This document shows positions 44,674 to 54,610 of a stretch of 64,000 nucleotides of DNA, in pieces; position 1 is the first letter of the stretch; every line of letters starts with the position of its first letter. The position numbers were made by a program, and so were the translations under genes. The notes beneath the pieces were generated by a model, which was given only the letters and a program-made list of their open reading frames with translations, was not told the DNA's origin and did no database searches. Location of the stretch: the sequence record ON529853.1; one strand, written 5' to 3'.

Positions 44674-45771
44674 CTACTCCTCGTCAGAGATTTTTGGACC
44701 CTTTTCCTTAATGGTCAGACGATCATGACCTTCGGACGTCTTGGTGAAATCTTCCACCGGAAGCCCTGCGGCCCGCATGGCTTCAACGTCGTAGGTCTTC
44801 CTGCCCTTCATCCAGGAGAGGGAAACCTTCGCCAGACCGGGCACCTCGGCCCGACGAACTCCAACGTCGCGGAACCAGGCCTTAAGTCTCTCTGAGGCTG
44901 ACCTGTATGCCGCTTCCGAGGTCTTGCGCGCTGCGGACGCCGCCCGCTCTTCGCGCAAGATGTCCTCGAATTCCTTCATGATCGGCAGCGCCATGTTGCT
45001 GGCGTTCGCCTCGCCCGACGTGGGGGTCGACAGCCGCGACGCCTTGGCGCATGCCTGGGTGAACTTGCAGTAGGTGCAGCCGCCGTCGACCTTGCCCTCG
45101 GGGTAGACCTGACCGACATCCTTGATCTTGTAGACAGACCGAGCGCGCTCCTTGGCGATGTCGTATTCGATCTGATCGAACGGGATCACGAACACTTCGA
45201 TGTCGTCGAAGAAGGAGGCGTCGATATAGACGATGACCGCGTAGTTGGGCTTGTAGTCTGTCGTCTCGCGAATCGTTCCCATCTGCACCTGGGTCTGGCC
45301 CCGGTGAATGCTTTTCTCTTCCTTCAGATTCACCCGAGGGTCGATCGACTTGATCTCGAAGTTGAAGCAGCCGGAGCCGCCGAGACTGGGGATGCCGTAG
45401 ACCGCCAGGGCGTCGTCGTCGGCGTCGATCACCAGACCGTCGGGCGTGGCGGTCAGGGGCGCGTCGGCCGCCTTGAACGTCTGCTGGTCGTCGCCGCCCC
45501 AGATCAGGCGCGTGTCCCAGAAGTGGTTCTCCAGGAACCACTTGACGGCGGGCTCGGCGAAATGCTGCTCGATCAGGTCGCCGCGTTGCAGGGCGCCCCA
45601 GCTTTCGACATAGTCCTTGTCGACCTCGCCGCCGTGTTTGGCGAACCACGTCTTGCGCAGGCAGCCGAACGCCTCGGACGCGCCGACCGTCTTGGAGCGG
45701 TCGTGCGCCCAGACCTTCTGGTGGCCTTTGACCCAGGTGTCGTAGGCTTCCTTGAAGTCAATTGCTGCCAT
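44674..45771 (-). CDS. Cas4-like PD-(D/E)xK exonuclease
   Basis: ASEAFGCLRK, ATPDG, EIKS, QTQVQM and CTYCKF..AC cysteine cluster. Confidence 0.7.
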   Translation of the reverse strand: MAAIDFKEAYDTWVKGHQKVWAHDRSKTVGASEAFGCLRKTWFAKHGGEVDKDYVESWGALQRGDLIEQHFAEPAVKWFLENHFWDTRLIWGGDDQQTFKAADAPLTATPDGLVIDADDDALAVYGIPSLGGSGCFNFEIKSIDPRVNLKEEKSIHRGQTQVQMGTIRETTDYKPNYAVIVYIDASFFDDIEVFVIPFDQIEYDIAKERARSVYKIKDVGQVYPEGKVDGGCTYCKFTQACAKASRLSTPTSGEANASNMALPIMKEFEDILREERAASAARKTSEAAYRSASERLKAWFRDVGVRRAEVPGLAKVSLSWMKGRKTYDVEAMRAAGLPVEDFTKTSEGHDRLTIKEKGPKISDEE

Positions 45772-45908
45772 TACGGATTTCGTGACTCATTCAAACCGGC
45801 GCGGCGCCGGACGTGTTGGGCGGGTCGCCGGGCATGAAGAGCGCGACGAGCAAAAGCAGGAGGGCCAGGGCTTCCATCAGTCCGGCAAGGCCCGGTGCAG
45901 GGCCTCGG

Positions 45909-46523
45909 TCATGCCGCCGCCTCGGCCTTGGCGGCGCGTTCGGCCGCCAGGTGGTCCTGGATGAACCAGAAGAGGTCGCGGCAGTCGATGACGTCGCCGA
46001 TCGCCTGGTGCGCCGAGGTCGGTTCGCGGTGCAGCAGCTTGCGCACCGCGTCTTCCAGCTTGGGCCAGGCGTAGCCCTGGTAGCCGTTCTTGTTGGGGAA
46101 CTTGCAGATCGGGATGCCGGTCTGCATGGTGCAGAACTGATTCTTACCCTGGAAGACGTCGAGCGACGAATTGCCCGACAACAGCCGAGCGGCGTTGTTG
46201 ATGATGTTGACGTCGAACTCGATGTTGTGCGCCACCACCACGTCCGCGACCGCGACCATGTCGCAGAACACGTCCAGAACCGGGCCTTCCGTCAGACCGA
46301 TCGCCCGAGACACCGCCGTGGTCGTGCCGTGCACATTGGACGAAGCGAGCGGGATCGGCTGGTCGCGATAGACGATCATGTCCATACGCATGAGTTCGGC
46401 GCGCGTCTCGCTGTCCTGGAGGATGGCGGCGATCTGGACGATGCGCGGCTGGTCCTGATGACCGCACGCCATGCGCTTGTTCCACAGACCGGTGGTTTCG
46501 GTGTCGAAGAAGAGCAGGTTCAC
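45909..46523 (-). CDS. DEDDh 3'-5' exonuclease (DnaQ-like)
   Basis: FFDTETTG, AHNIEFD and AHQAIGD. Confidence 0.85.
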   Translation of the reverse strand: MNLLFFDTETTGLWNKRMACGHQDQPRIVQIAAILQDSETRAELMRMDMIVYRDQPIPLASSNVHGTTTAVSRAIGLTEGPVLDVFCDMVAVADVVVAHNIEFDVNIINNAARLLSGNSSLDVFQGKNQFCTMQTGIPICKFPNKNGYQGYAWPKLEDAVRKLLHREPTSAHQAIGDVIDCRDLFWFIQDHLAAERAAKAEAAA

Positions 46524-46524
46524 G

Positions 46525-47031
46525 TCACGCGTCTCCCGAGGGCTTCGGGTTCTTCAGGGCGTCGAGCCGCTCCTTGAGGAAGTCGGACATATAGGCGACA
46601 GACCCCTCGGGCGCGGGGCGCTCCGCCGGCTGGGCGGCGCGATTCTCGGCGACCATCTGGTCTTGCGCCGCCGCCATGGCGTTGGCCTGAGCCTGGGCGT
46701 AGGCCGCCAGGGTCGTCAGGACGTGCGCGACGATCAGGGTATAGCCTTCAAACGCACCGCGCGTGCGGGCGGCGACCAGATGGTTGATCAACGCCCAGGC
46801 GGCGTTGAAGACGAACCAGCCGACCGCCGCCAGCCAGGTGATCCGATACAGCCCCGCCGTCGGGGCGCCGATGAAGCCGGGCGCCAAAGCATGGCCGACG
46901 GTGAAGAACAGCGTCAGCCCGCCGGTGATCAGCAGCAGCAGCGTCGTCAGCGCGCGGAAGCCTGCCGCATCGGCGGCGGGCTGGTAGGGCGCCGGTTTCG
47001 GCGGGGTGTTCGGGGGAGTGTCGGGGGACAT
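46525..47031 (-). CDS. Membrane protein (three TM-like segments)
   Basis: Hydrophobic ORF behind a promoter at 47060-47087. Confidence 0.55.
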   Translation of the reverse strand: MSPDTPPNTPPKPAPYQPAADAAGFRALTTLLLLITGGLTLFFTVGHALAPGFIGAPTAGLYRITWLAAVGWFVFNAAWALINHLVAARTRGAFEGYTLIVAHVLTTLAAYAQAQANAMAAAQDQMVAENRAAQPAERPAPEGSVAYMSDFLKERLDALKNPKPSGDA

Positions 47032-47122
47032 CGGGGCGTCTCGCTCTTGAGGGACCTTGTTAACCATATTGGCGGTGAATGTCAACATTCCCGGCAGTGA
47101 TCCGCCGGAAAATGTGACTCCA

Positions 47123-49606
47123 TCAGTGCGTTTCCGACCAGCGGCGGCCGAACTTGGTGTCCACGTCGACCGGCAGGCGGAAACCGAACCCGGCGCCGGC
47201 GTCGTAGGCCGCGTCCTTGATGTTTTTCTCGCAGATCGCCATGATCCGGGCGTCATCGCGGACCGCCACCTGGAGTTCGTCGTGAATCCAGGCCACGATG
47301 GCGAAGTCGCCGTCCCAACCGTGTTTCAGGCCGTCTTCCAGGCAGTATTCGTGGAAGTTCACGCACCACTGCTTGGCGATCGTCGCGCCGGCGCCCTGGA
47401 GCAGGGTGTTCAGCGCGGCGTGCTGCGCCCGCACGAACAGGCGGCGCCCGTCCATCGCATCCAGCATGCCGGACTTGGCCTGCTTCTGGATGTTCTTGAC
47501 CACCATGCCCAGAGCGGGAATGCGGGTCATCAGACGGCGGCGCATTTCGGCCCCGACCTTCTTGGCCTCGGTCGGCCGCAGCGCCAGCGCCGGGTCGATG
47601 ACCGTGCCCAGCTTGAAGTCCTGGGCGCCGTAGATGAGGGCGTAGATGAAGGTCTTGGCGGTGTCGCGGTTGTTCAGTTCGAGCGCGGCCGTGTGCAGGT
47701 CGTGCGGGTCGGATTCGACCACCAGGCGGCCGTAGACGCCGTCGTCGAACTCGGCCATGAAGTGACCCAGGGCGCGCAGTTCGATGCCCTTCTGGTCGGA
47801 ACCCATGAGAATCCAGCCCTGGGGCACGATGAAGAGGTCGCGGCAGTTCCAGCCGTGATCGCCCGGACGGCCCTTCAGCATCTGCTTCTTGGTCAGGACC
47901 TTCTGACCCTCATCCAGCAGATACCAGCCGTCGCGGCCCTCGATCGCCTCGACCCGGACGAACTCGCCCTTCTCGTTGACGTAGCCGTTCAGGCCGTCGC
48001 GCACGATGACGTCGAGCGGCGAACCGTCCTTCATCTTGGCCTTGGCGGGGTTGCCCTCAAGCTGTTTGCCGGTCAGCGGATCAAGCAGCGGCGTCAGGTC
48101 GGCGCGGTGCTCGAAGACCTGCTTGTCGTCAGGACCGTCGACCCAGTAGCCGTAGATGATCTTGCCCTTCTGGAAGTCGATGCCGACCCCCGGCTCCAGC
48201 CACTGCTTCAGCTTCTTGAAGACGACGCGCGGGACCTGGGCGATGTTCGGATTGGCGTGCGAGGCGCGGTTGGTCACCGTCCCCCCGACGTTGAACGTCG
48301 GGTGGATGCGACCGTCGCCGCGCTCCATCGCCTTGCCGATCCAGCCGTTCTTGCCGTCGACAAGCTGGCCGAGCCGCTTGTTGTAGTAGAACAGTTCGGC
48401 CAGTTCGTCGCAGATCGGGATCGTCTGGGCGAGGTCGCGCAGGATTTCGTCGTTGACGGCGATGCCGCCGGCCTCCGTCTTGTCGCGGTCGTCGTGGTCC
48501 CAGCCGTAGACCTTTTCCAGGCGCTCGATGATCTGCGGGCGCGAGCCGGGGTTGAACTCCTTCAGTTCCACCGGGCAGTAGGCGCAGCCTTCCATCCGGT
48601 CCGGCTTGCCCGAGCCCGGCTTGAACTTCATCGTCTTCTTGGGAACCGTGATGTCGCCCCAGTTGGAGCGACCCAGGTCTTCGCCGTGCTCGGTGCGCGG
48701 CTTGTAGGCGATCTTGGTCTTCTTGATCTTGCCGTTGTCGTCCAGCAAGGGCTTGCCGGTCTCGGGGTCGAGCATCTCGACCGTGTATTCCTTGCCGATC
48801 GTCTTCCACTTGGACGGCACCCACCATTCGCCGAAGTGCGCGATCGCCTTGCGCTCCTTCTCCTCGACGACGGCGCGCAGTTCCGCTTCCAGGGCGCGCG
48901 CGGCCTCCATGTCGAAGGGGAAGCCGTTGTTGGTGACTTCCTCCATCAGGGCGTGGACCCGATGCTCCAGCGTGATCGACTGTTCGGAGTGACGACGCGG
49001 GTCGACCTCCATCAGGCGCCACAGGGCCTCGTTGACGTTCAAGTCCTGAACGCAGTAATCCTCCATCTCCTGGCTCCATTCGGACCAGACGAGACGGATC
49101 AGTTCTTCCTTGGGATAGTCCGGGTAGAGGGACTTGTAGTAGGCCTGCTTGGTCTTGGCGTAGTCGCCCTTGGGGAAGCCCAAGCGCTGGCCCCAGGCCT
49201 CCAGGCCGTGTCGGCCGATCTGGGCGCCTTCGATCTCGTCGCGCTTGAAGCGGCGGAAGTCGCGCTCTTTCTCGTCCGCGTAGAAGATGCGGCTGAGCAC
49301 CATGGTGTCGCGCACCAGGGCGTTGCACTGGAACTGCGGGTAGAGCAGTTCGATCGCGGGAATATCGAAGCCGACGATGTTGTGCCCGACGAGCAGATCA
49401 GCCTCGGCCAGCATCGCCACGCCGCGCGCGATCTGGTCCGTCCGCTTGTTCTTGCGGAAGACGTGCGTCTGACGCGTGGTCAGATCGCGGATCGCGAGGA
49501 TGTGGATACGGCTCTTGACGTCGTCGCCCTTGTGGGCGGTCAGATAGGGCAGCAGGCCCGTCGTTTCGATGTCGAAGAGGTACTGCTTACCGGGGGGCAG
49601 TTGCAT
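47123..49606 (-). CDS. Family A DNA polymerase, T7-like
   Basis: FDIET and GHNIVGFD exonuclease motifs; SDQKGIELR, KTFIYALIYG (Tyr at the E. coli 762-equivalent position), NTLLQG and WIHDE. Confidence 0.93.
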   Translation of the reverse strand: MQLPPGKQYLFDIETTGLLPYLTAHKGDDVKSRIHILAIRDLTTRQTHVFRKNKRTDQIARGVAMLAEADLLVGHNIVGFDIPAIELLYPQFQCNALVRDTMVLSRIFYADEKERDFRRFKRDEIEGAQIGRHGLEAWGQRLGFPKGDYAKTKQAYYKSLYPDYPKEELIRLVWSEWSQEMEDYCVQDLNVNEALWRLMEVDPRRHSEQSITLEHRVHALMEEVTNNGFPFDMEAARALEAELRAVVEEKERKAIAHFGEWWVPSKWKTIGKEYTVEMLDPETGKPLLDDNGKIKKTKIAYKPRTEHGEDLGRSNWGDITVPKKTMKFKPGSGKPDRMEGCAYCPVELKEFNPGSRPQIIERLEKVYGWDHDDRDKTEAGGIAVNDEILRDLAQTIPICDELAELFYYNKRLGQLVDGKNGWIGKAMERGDGRIHPTFNVGGTVTNRASHANPNIAQVPRVVFKKLKQWLEPGVGIDFQKGKIIYGYWVDGPDDKQVFEHRADLTPLLDPLTGKQLEGNPAKAKMKDGSPLDVIVRDGLNGYVNEKGEFVRVEAIEGRDGWYLLDEGQKVLTKKQMLKGRPGDHGWNCRDLFIVPQGWILMGSDQKGIELRALGHFMAEFDDGVYGRLVVESDPHDLHTAALELNNRDTAKTFIYALIYGAQDFKLGTVIDPALALRPTEAKKVGAEMRRRLMTRIPALGMVVKNIQKQAKSGMLDAMDGRRLFVRAQHAALNTLLQGAGATIAKQWCVNFHEYCLEDGLKHGWDGDFAIVAWIHDELQVAVRDDARIMAICEKNIKDAAYDAGAGFGFRLPVDVDTKFGRRWSETH

Positions 49607-49741
49607 CAGAAGTGACCAGTTGGCGCAGGTCCCCGGCCGTGAGCGGGCCGGGGCTGAGCAGTTGTTGGATCAGGGCGGCGGACAAGCCCTCCGCCCTCAG
49701 AATCGTCGCGGGGTCGCGGGACATCAGCAGCGGCGGAGGAG

Positions 49742-50749
49742 TCACGCTGCTTCGCGTTTCATGACTCCATCCAGACGTTCGCCGAGCCAGCGGACGACCG
49801 GAACGGCCAGGGAGTTGCCGATGGCGGTGCGGCGCGCCGTCACCGAGGCGCCGGGGATGTCGGTGTAGCCGTCCGGCATCCCTTGCAGGCGCTCGTACTC
49901 CACCGGGGTCAGGGCGCGCACGACCCAACGCCCTTCGTGCTGGGTCAGGACCTGGGCGACGGAGCCGCCGCCGGCGGCCGTGCGCAGGCAGTTGGACACT
50001 TCGTCGCCTTGCTCGATCTGCTGGGCCTTGACGCCCTTCAGGACGCGTCCCCGGATGGCGATGCGATAGGCAGGGGCGACAGCGCCTCCAGCAGGGCCGG
50101 CGACAGCGTCCGTCCCGCCGCCCGCGCGTTCGCCAGCAAGGTCGCCTTGCGGTCCTCGCTCAAAAAGAACGTCGCGGGGATCGATTCCGCCCCGAGGACA
50201 CGCGACAACGTAGACGCGCTCGCGTTGTTGGGGCAGGCCGAAGTGTTGTGCGTCCAGGACTCGCCAAGCAATGGCCCGTTTGGGGCCAAGCACATAACCA
50301 GAGTTCGTCCACCGATCCCCTGACGGGACGAGGTTCCCAAACTCTCCGGCCAGGGCTCCGAGGAATTGTCCAAAGGCGTTGCAGTCATCGGTAAGCAGTC
50401 CGGGCACGTTTTCGAAGAAGAAGACATCAGGATCGATCTCGTCGATCAGCTTGATGCCAGCGAGGGTGAGGAAGCCGCGACCGCCGTCGACGCCGGCCTT
50501 CTTGCCGGCTTCGGAGAAGTCCTGGCAGGGGAAGGAGGCCCACAGGATGTTGACGGCCTTGCGGAAGGCTTCGCCGTCGATCGTCAGCAGGTTGCCCAGG
50601 TTCGGCGTTTCGCCGTAGCGGTGATGCAGGAAACGGGTGGGGAAGGCGGCGTTGTCGGCGAAAAAGACCGGCGTCAGCTTGAGGTCCTTCCACGCCAGCG
50701 AGACGGCTTCAATGCCGGAGCAGAGGGTGGCGAAGGTGCGTTGGGTCAT
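49742..50749 (-). CDS. C5-cytosine DNA methyltransferase (alpha chain)
   Basis: LCSGI, SFPCQDFS, ENVPG, QQRERVY, RALTPVEYERLQG and GNSLAVPV. Confidence 0.88.
   Translation of the reverse strand: MTQRTFATLCSGIEAVSLAWKDLKLTPVFFADNAAFPTRFLHHRYGETPNLGNLLTIDGEAFRKAVNILWASFPCQDFSEAGKKAGVDGGRGFLTLAGIKLIDEIDPDVFFFENVPGLLTDDCNAFGQFLGALAGEFGNLVPSGDRWTNSGYVLGPKRAIAWRVLDAQHFGLPQQRERVYVVACPRGGIDPRDVLFERGPQGDLAGERAGGGTDAVAGPAGGAVAPAYRIAIRGRVLKGVKAQQIEQGDEVSNCLRTAAGGGSVAQVLTQHEGRWVVRALTPVEYERLQGMPDGYTDIPGASVTARRTAIGNSLAVPVVRWLGERLDGVMKREAA
50038..50427 (-). CDS. Overlapping alternative-frame ORF resembling the M.EcoHK31I beta subunit
   Basis: ESWTHNTSACPNNASASTLSRVL...FFLSE...LLANARAAGRTLSPALLEAL, nested in the methyltransferase gene. 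Confidence 0.6.
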   Translation of the reverse strand: MSSSSKTCPDCLPMTATPLDNSSEPWPESLGTSSRQGIGGRTLVMCLAPNGPLLGESWTHNTSACPNNASASTLSRVLGAESIPATFFLSEDRKATLLANARAAGRTLSPALLEALSPLPIASPSGDAS

Positions 50750-50810
50750 GGGTCCGGTATGGTTAACGAATGCCGTGGATGGAGTCAAGGATTGACGGGA
50801 AAGCTGACAA

Positions 50811-51596
50811 TCACTCCACCTGACCCGGCCAGACCCGGTCAGCCAGGCGCAGCAAGGCGCCGATGACCAGCTTCTTGTCCTTGCCGTTGACGAAGGGGCT
50901 CATCGTCTCGGGCCAGCGCGGGGGCAGGCCCATGAAGGGCAGGGTGCGCTCGGCCGCCGCGAACTCCGAGGCGGCGAAGCCGGCGACCTGGTGGAGGCCG
51001 ACGGCGTAGGAGTGCAGGCCGTAAAGCTTCTCGTTGTCCCCGTCGTGGTAGCCCATGCCGAGGCGGATTTTCTCGATCTCGCTGTCGTAGGCCATCCAGC
51101 AGAAGCGGCCGTCGGGCAGGTCCAGATGCTGGGTGTCCCAGTCGAGCGGATGCCCGAAGGCGTCGATGCGGCACCGGTCGACCGCCTGGGCGAAGGGCGC
51201 CAGGCGGCCGATCGCCTTGATGGTCGCAACCAGCGGCATAAACCGCCCCGCCGACAGTTCCAGGCAGGGGGTCCGGTCCAGCAGGGCGCGGTATTCCGCC
51301 ACCGTCTGGCCGGCGCTCGACAGCGGATGGCGCTTGCCTTCGACCTGCTCACGCAGCAGCAGGCCGTCGACGGGATCGCGCGACGCCAGCCAGTCCACGA
51401 AGGCCGAGACGTGGTATTCGTGCACCTGCGGCCCCAGGATATGGGCGCGCTGGAGTTCGTTGACCGATTCCATGCCGAAGCCGATGTGCAGGCTGTTGTT
51501 CTCGTCCTGATGCAGGGCGTAGAGGAACAGCCGGCTCGCGCCGGTGGCCTTCAAAGGCGTGCGTTCATAGGCGTTGAGGAGGCTCACAGGCGCCAC
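50811..51596 (-). CDS. Hypothetical protein
   Basis: 261 aa ORF, GC3 bias. Confidence 0.7.
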   Translation of the reverse strand: MAPVSLLNAYERTPLKATGASRLFLYALHQDENNSLHIGFGMESVNELQRAHILGPQVHEYHVSAFVDWLASRDPVDGLLLREQVEGKRHPLSSAGQTVAEYRALLDRTPCLELSAGRFMPLVATIKAIGRLAPFAQAVDRCRIDAFGHPLDWDTQHLDLPDGRFCWMAYDSEIEKIRLGMGYHDGDNEKLYGLHSYAVGLHQVAGFAASEFAAAERTLPFMGLPPRWPETMSPFVNGKDKKLVIGALLRLADRVWPGQVE

Positions 51597-53296
51597 TTCG
51601 CTCCCTGCATGGTGATGATCTGCCGGTGACCGTTGCGCAGGGTCACGACGTGGGAATGGGACCAGCCCGACAGGCCCTTGTTGTACCCCATGTCCAGCTT
51701 GGACGTGGTGCCCGCCACATAGGCCCCGTCGATGATCTGACAGGCGTGGGTGTGGCCGGTGGTCGACTTGGCGCCAGCGCGGGTGAACTGCTTGGGCGCC
51801 CCGCGCGCGCCATTGGCGCCCAGGTGGCCGTGCATGCCCTTCTCGATGTCCATGACCATGAAGGATTCGTCTTCACGGAGGAACCGAACGCCTTCGCAGG
51901 AGACGTCGTCGAAATGGTCGGTCAGGACGTATTCGAAGACCGAGAAGCCCTTCTCGCGCTCGCGGATCGACTGATAGGTGCGCCGCTGGCACGCCAGGAA
52001 GAACTCGGCGTTGCGCGGATCATGGCGATAGTCGGCTTCCTTGAGCCAGCGCTTCAGCGCCAGGTCGTGGTTGGATTCCACCACCACGGTCTGGCAGAAG
52101 TCCCGGCGCGTCTTCTGGATGAAGTCGCCGACCTCGTGCAGTTCGGTCTCCACCGAATCCGCGCCGTCCACGTAGAGCGAGAACATGTGGTGCGGATCGC
52201 GCAGGTTGTGGTGATTGCGCGCCTGGAAGTCGCAGACGTCGTGGAAGAATTGATACGACGGGCGCAGAGCATCCAGGATCGGCATCGGATCGCCGGACGT
52301 AATCGTGTCCCAGCGGCGCCCTTGTCCCCGGCCCTTGTCGTCGAGCGGATAATAACCGAAGCAGGCCTTGGCGACGACGGGGTCGATCTGCGCGACGTGC
52401 AGGTCGCCCCAGTTGACGGAGGCGACGCGGTGGCGGCTGGTGATCACCGGCGTATTGCCCCGCGTCGACTTGTCCAGGCGCGTCTCGACGCGCACGTCCA
52501 GGTCCATGAAGGACCCGTCCGGCTCGGCGAACAGGTGCCGGCAGAAGAACTCGCCCTGGTCGTTCATCTCGACCAGTAGCGCCGCGACTTCATGGTGGAA
52601 GGCCGCCTTGATGCCCGCCTTCTTCTTCACATAGTTCGGCAGGGTGATCGAGCCGGTGGTCATGTTCAGCTTGGTCGGGGCGTGCTTCATCGTCGGCACC
52701 GACTGAAGCTGGACCTTGGCGTGGGGGAAGATGCCCCAGCGATGCTTGGTGTAGGTCTCAAAGCCGCTGAGCGGATTGACCGCCGTCGGCTGGGTGTTCA
52801 TCTCGCCGCAGTAGTCGATCTTGTCGCCCAGCCGGATGCGCTTGTTCGAGATATAGGGAATGACCCGGAAGTGGTGGCTGGGCTCCTTCTCGTTCTTGCC
52901 GCGATCGTCGCCGTCCTTGGCGTGGCCCCGGTACAGCTTCTTGTTGTAGGTGTAGCCCGAGATCATGATCTCGCACGGCCCGTCCTTGGCGAGGTGGTCC
53001 CGATAGACTTCCAGGTTGGTCAGGAAGTCCTCGTGGATCGCCGTTTCGGTCTGGGCCGAGGTCAGGATGAAGCGCCGGACGGTGCCGGGCTCCACCACGA
53101 TCTTCTGCGGATCGACCGGCGGGATGTAGCTGAACGGGTCGCGATGCACCTTGTGCAGGCGCAGTTGCAGGGTCGAGCGCGCCACGCCATAGTGGCGGCT
53201 GAACTGCCGCTGACCGCCCATGTCGGTGACGATGCGGTCAAGTTCCTCGGGCGAGACGGAGTCGAGGTCGAAGGACCCCTTGGCTTCAGCCGGCAA
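51584..53296 (-). CDS. HTH plus calcineurin-like metallophosphoesterase protein
   Basis: N-terminal RQFSRHYGVARSTLQ HTH; WGDLH, HDV, SNHD, MHGH and GHTH. Confidence 0.65.
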   Translation of the reverse strand: MPAEAKGSFDLDSVSPEELDRIVTDMGGQRQFSRHYGVARSTLQLRLHKVHRDPFSYIPPVDPQKIVVEPGTVRRFILTSAQTETAIHEDFLTNLEVYRDHLAKDGPCEIMISGYTYNKKLYRGHAKDGDDRGKNEKEPSHHFRVIPYISNKRIRLGDKIDYCGEMNTQPTAVNPLSGFETYTKHRWGIFPHAKVQLQSVPTMKHAPTKLNMTTGSITLPNYVKKKAGIKAAFHHEVAALLVEMNDQGEFFCRHLFAEPDGSFMDLDVRVETRLDKSTRGNTPVITSRHRVASVNWGDLHVAQIDPVVAKACFGYYPLDDKGRGQGRRWDTITSGDPMPILDALRPSYQFFHDVCDFQARNHHNLRDPHHMFSLYVDGADSVETELHEVGDFIQKTRRDFCQTVVVESNHDLALKRWLKEADYRHDPRNAEFFLACQRRTYQSIREREKGFSVFEYVLTDHFDDVSCEGVRFLREDESFMVMDIEKGMHGHLGANGARGAPKQFTRAGAKSTTGHTHACQIIDGAYVAGTTSKLDMGYNKGLSGWSHSHVVTLRNGHRQIITMQGAKWRL

Positions 53297-54023
53297 AATA
53301 CATCTCCGCCTTGGCGTGCGGGGCGGTCAGGGCCTTGCGCCAGTCCCAGACGTACCAGGCGTAGGAGAAGCGCGGGCTCTTGGAGTCCTCGCCCGCCTTC
53401 TTCTCGATCCAGACCGGACGGAAGCGCAGGGTGATCTTGGCGATGAAGGCGGGGTGGTCGATCAGGTGGGCGCGACCCTTGGCCGTGTCCCACTCATGGC
53501 GCATCAGCATGGCGACGTAGCCCTGCTCGGCCTCCATCAACTCCAGCGCCTTCTCAACCGCCAGCACGGCTTCCTTGCCGTAGGGCGGGTTGGTGATGAT
53601 GCAGTCCGGGCGGAAGCCCAGGGCCGCCTCGACCTCGGACATGGAGATCGGACGGGCGGGCGCTTCGTTTTTCGTGACTCCGCCGTCCAGCGTCGCCTTG
53701 TCGATCGTGCGCTCCCAGGCCGCCACGGCGATTTCGTGGGCGTCGCCGTCGGCGTAGATGTTGAAGAAGTCCAGCATCGCCGTGGGGTCGAGGCCCTCGT
53801 AGCGGTGAATGTCGCTGGTGGCTTCCAGCCGGCACAGCGGGCCGACCAGTCGGGAAATGGCGCCGTTGCCGGCAAAGGGCTCCCAGAAGGCCATCTGCTC
53901 CAGGTCGTCCTCGACCACAGAGATGAAGGCCTCGGTCGCGCGGGCCGGGGTCGGGTAGAAGTCCAGGGCGTTCCGGGGGTAGTTCGTACCCCCCAGCATG
54001 GAGGGGTCTTGACGCGTGGTCAT
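53286..54023 (-). CDS. Amino (N6A/N4C) methyltransferase-like protein
   Basis: DFYPTP, WEPFAGNG and ITNPPY. Confidence 0.75.
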   Translation of the reverse strand: MTTRQDPSMLGGTNYPRNALDFYPTPARATEAFISVVEDDLEQMAFWEPFAGNGAISRLVGPLCRLEATSDIHRYEGLDPTAMLDFFNIYADGDAHEIAVAAWERTIDKATLDGGVTKNEAPARPISMSEVEAALGFRPDCIITNPPYGKEAVLAVEKALELMEAEQGYVAMLMRHEWDTAKGRAHLIDHPAFIAKITLRFRPVWIEKKAGEDSKSPRFSYAWYVWDWRKALTAPHAKAEMYFAG

Positions 54024-54576
54024 TCAGCAGGCCGTTTTGATGAAGGGGATGCGCGGTCGGAGCGCTTGCGGCCTTCTTGGTCTCACGATTAACCACGAAC
54101 GTCAAGATTTACGTCAATGGGAGTCAGTTACACTGGCACACTTGCGCCGGGGCCGCCCTTGGTCTATTCGGTGGGCTTCGAGAAGACGACGAGGATCGTC
54201 GAGCGTCTCCTGGCCGCGCATGGGTCAGGATCAACGCCGTCGTCTCAGGGAGACGCGGACCTAAGGCGATAGGGCTCCGCGTCAATGGGTGAAGTGAGGA
54301 ACGGACGGCGCATCCGTGTTGGAGCCATAGTCCAGGTGGGCGATTCACTGCCTTACCCGGTCCGAGTCGCGGTGATCGAATACCGCCGCGTGACGTGACG
54401 CCGACCGACAGTAGAGGATGGCGTGACCTAAGGGGAGAGGCCCATGCAGGGCGGACCGCGTCGGACGCGGCCGCCGACTAGCCGGAGGGGCTGCACACCC
54501 GATGGACAGGATCGCCCCGCCCGCGAAGAAGCGAATGGGGGATGACGCCGGCGCGGCCGACACAGACGACGCGCAC

Positions 54577-54610
54577 GAAAAAGGCCCCGATCTTGCGATC
54601 GGGGCCTTTT
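54577..54610. terminator. Bidirectional terminator
   Basis: AAAAAGGCCCCGATC-TTGC-GATCGGGGCCTTTT. Confidence 0.85.
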
